A stretch of 64,000 nucleotides of DNA from the NCBI GenBank assembly GCA_964252035.1, contig OZ176212.1. One strand, 5' to 3'. The stretch's first letter is position 1. Each line of letters opens with the position of its first letter. The stretch comes from Podarcis erhardii (taxonomy: Eukaryota). Of this stretch, positions 63,111-64,000 are shown piece by piece. The notes below the pieces were generated by a model, which was not told where the DNA came from, did no database searches, and saw nothing but the letters and a program-made list of their open reading frames with translations. The position numbers and the translations under genes were made by a program.

Positions 63111-63604
63111 TTGTTTCATGTTTGCAATAAATGTGAAGAGGCCAGGATTGAAAGCAGTTGCTCAAGAGTGTTCCTGTTGAAGAATTAATGAAGCACGTTG
63201 GGTTTAATTTTTAAAAACGTATATATTATTCAGTCTTATATCCCTGCGACTGATGCCTTCCCTCTTTTTTTACTGTTAATGTGTAAGAAGGAAGAAAATA
63301 AAGCATCAAAAGTAACCAGGAATTCCCACCTTCAATTAAACTAAATAAAGTATTTAACTGATAATTATATTGTAGACCTCTTGTGATCTTAGTGGACTTG
63401 AAGAAAAGTACATCCCATACAAGAAGGTGTGGGAGGGGAAGCACTGTAAGGAAAAAAGGAATAATATAGGAGGCTCCTCTTCAAGCTAGAATTTCAATGA
63501 ATTTCTCCCCCAAGCCGTTTTGTGTATCCAATAACCAGAGAGGTGCTGAAATAATTTCTCATACATTGCTTCTGTAATTGATAAAATAATGTTTTGAGGT
63601 TGGC

Positions 63605-64000
63605 TTTTCTTTTTCATTTGTATATTGCCCGCCATCTGAAAATCTCAGGGGTGGTTCACAACACAAATAAAAGATAAAAAACTACAAAATATATGATAAA
63701 AACAAAAAAACCAGCAATGCTCCCCTCCCTGCCACACACAGCAAAGGGCTGGTTGTAGAGAAATGTAATGAAGGCACCAGGCGGACCTCCCTGGGGAGAG
63801 CAAACAAACAAGAAGGCCTGTTGTGTTGCCAGTCACCCTCCAGATCTCTCATGGAGGAGGCACATGAAGAAGGGCCTTGGAAGATGATCACGGTCTGGGT
63901 CGGATCATATGGGAAGAGGTGGTCTTTGGGGTATTGTGGTCCAGTACCAGGACTTTGAATTAGGCCCAGAAACTAATTTGCAGCTAGTGCAGTCAAGCCA
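63605..64000 (-). mobile_element. L2 LINE 3' fragment running off the window edge
   Basis: tttgtatattgcccgccatctgaaaatctcaggggtggttcacaac tail, then ggaagaggtggtctttggggtattgtggtcc...ggcccagaaac antisense ORF2-end-like sequence. Confidence 0.55.

Overview
Vertebrate genomic DNA. The repeat content (squamate-type SINEs, CR1, L2, L1, pogo/hAT MITEs) points to a squamate reptile, probably a lacertid lizard (inference). The window is the orthologue of part of the human 16p11.2 CNV interval. Left to right: last coding exon and 3' UTR of TAOK2 (+); an 8-exon, ~317-aa gene I cannot name (+, 9409-17376); complete CDIPT (+, 19384-25040); PRRT2 (-, CDS 32911-37097); complete MAZ (-, 47884-60383), including the alternative exon that adds two zinc fingers; and an orphan CpG island with five NRF1-type palindromes at 62.7-63.0 kb. 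PAGR1 and MVP, which separate PRRT2 and CDIPT in human, are not recognisable here. TAOK2 lies in tandem with CDIPT, so gene order differs from mammals. The strongest novelty candidate is the unnamed gene at that rearranged junction. All exon models were built by hand from splice signals and reading phase; no database search could be run, and human comparisons are from memory.
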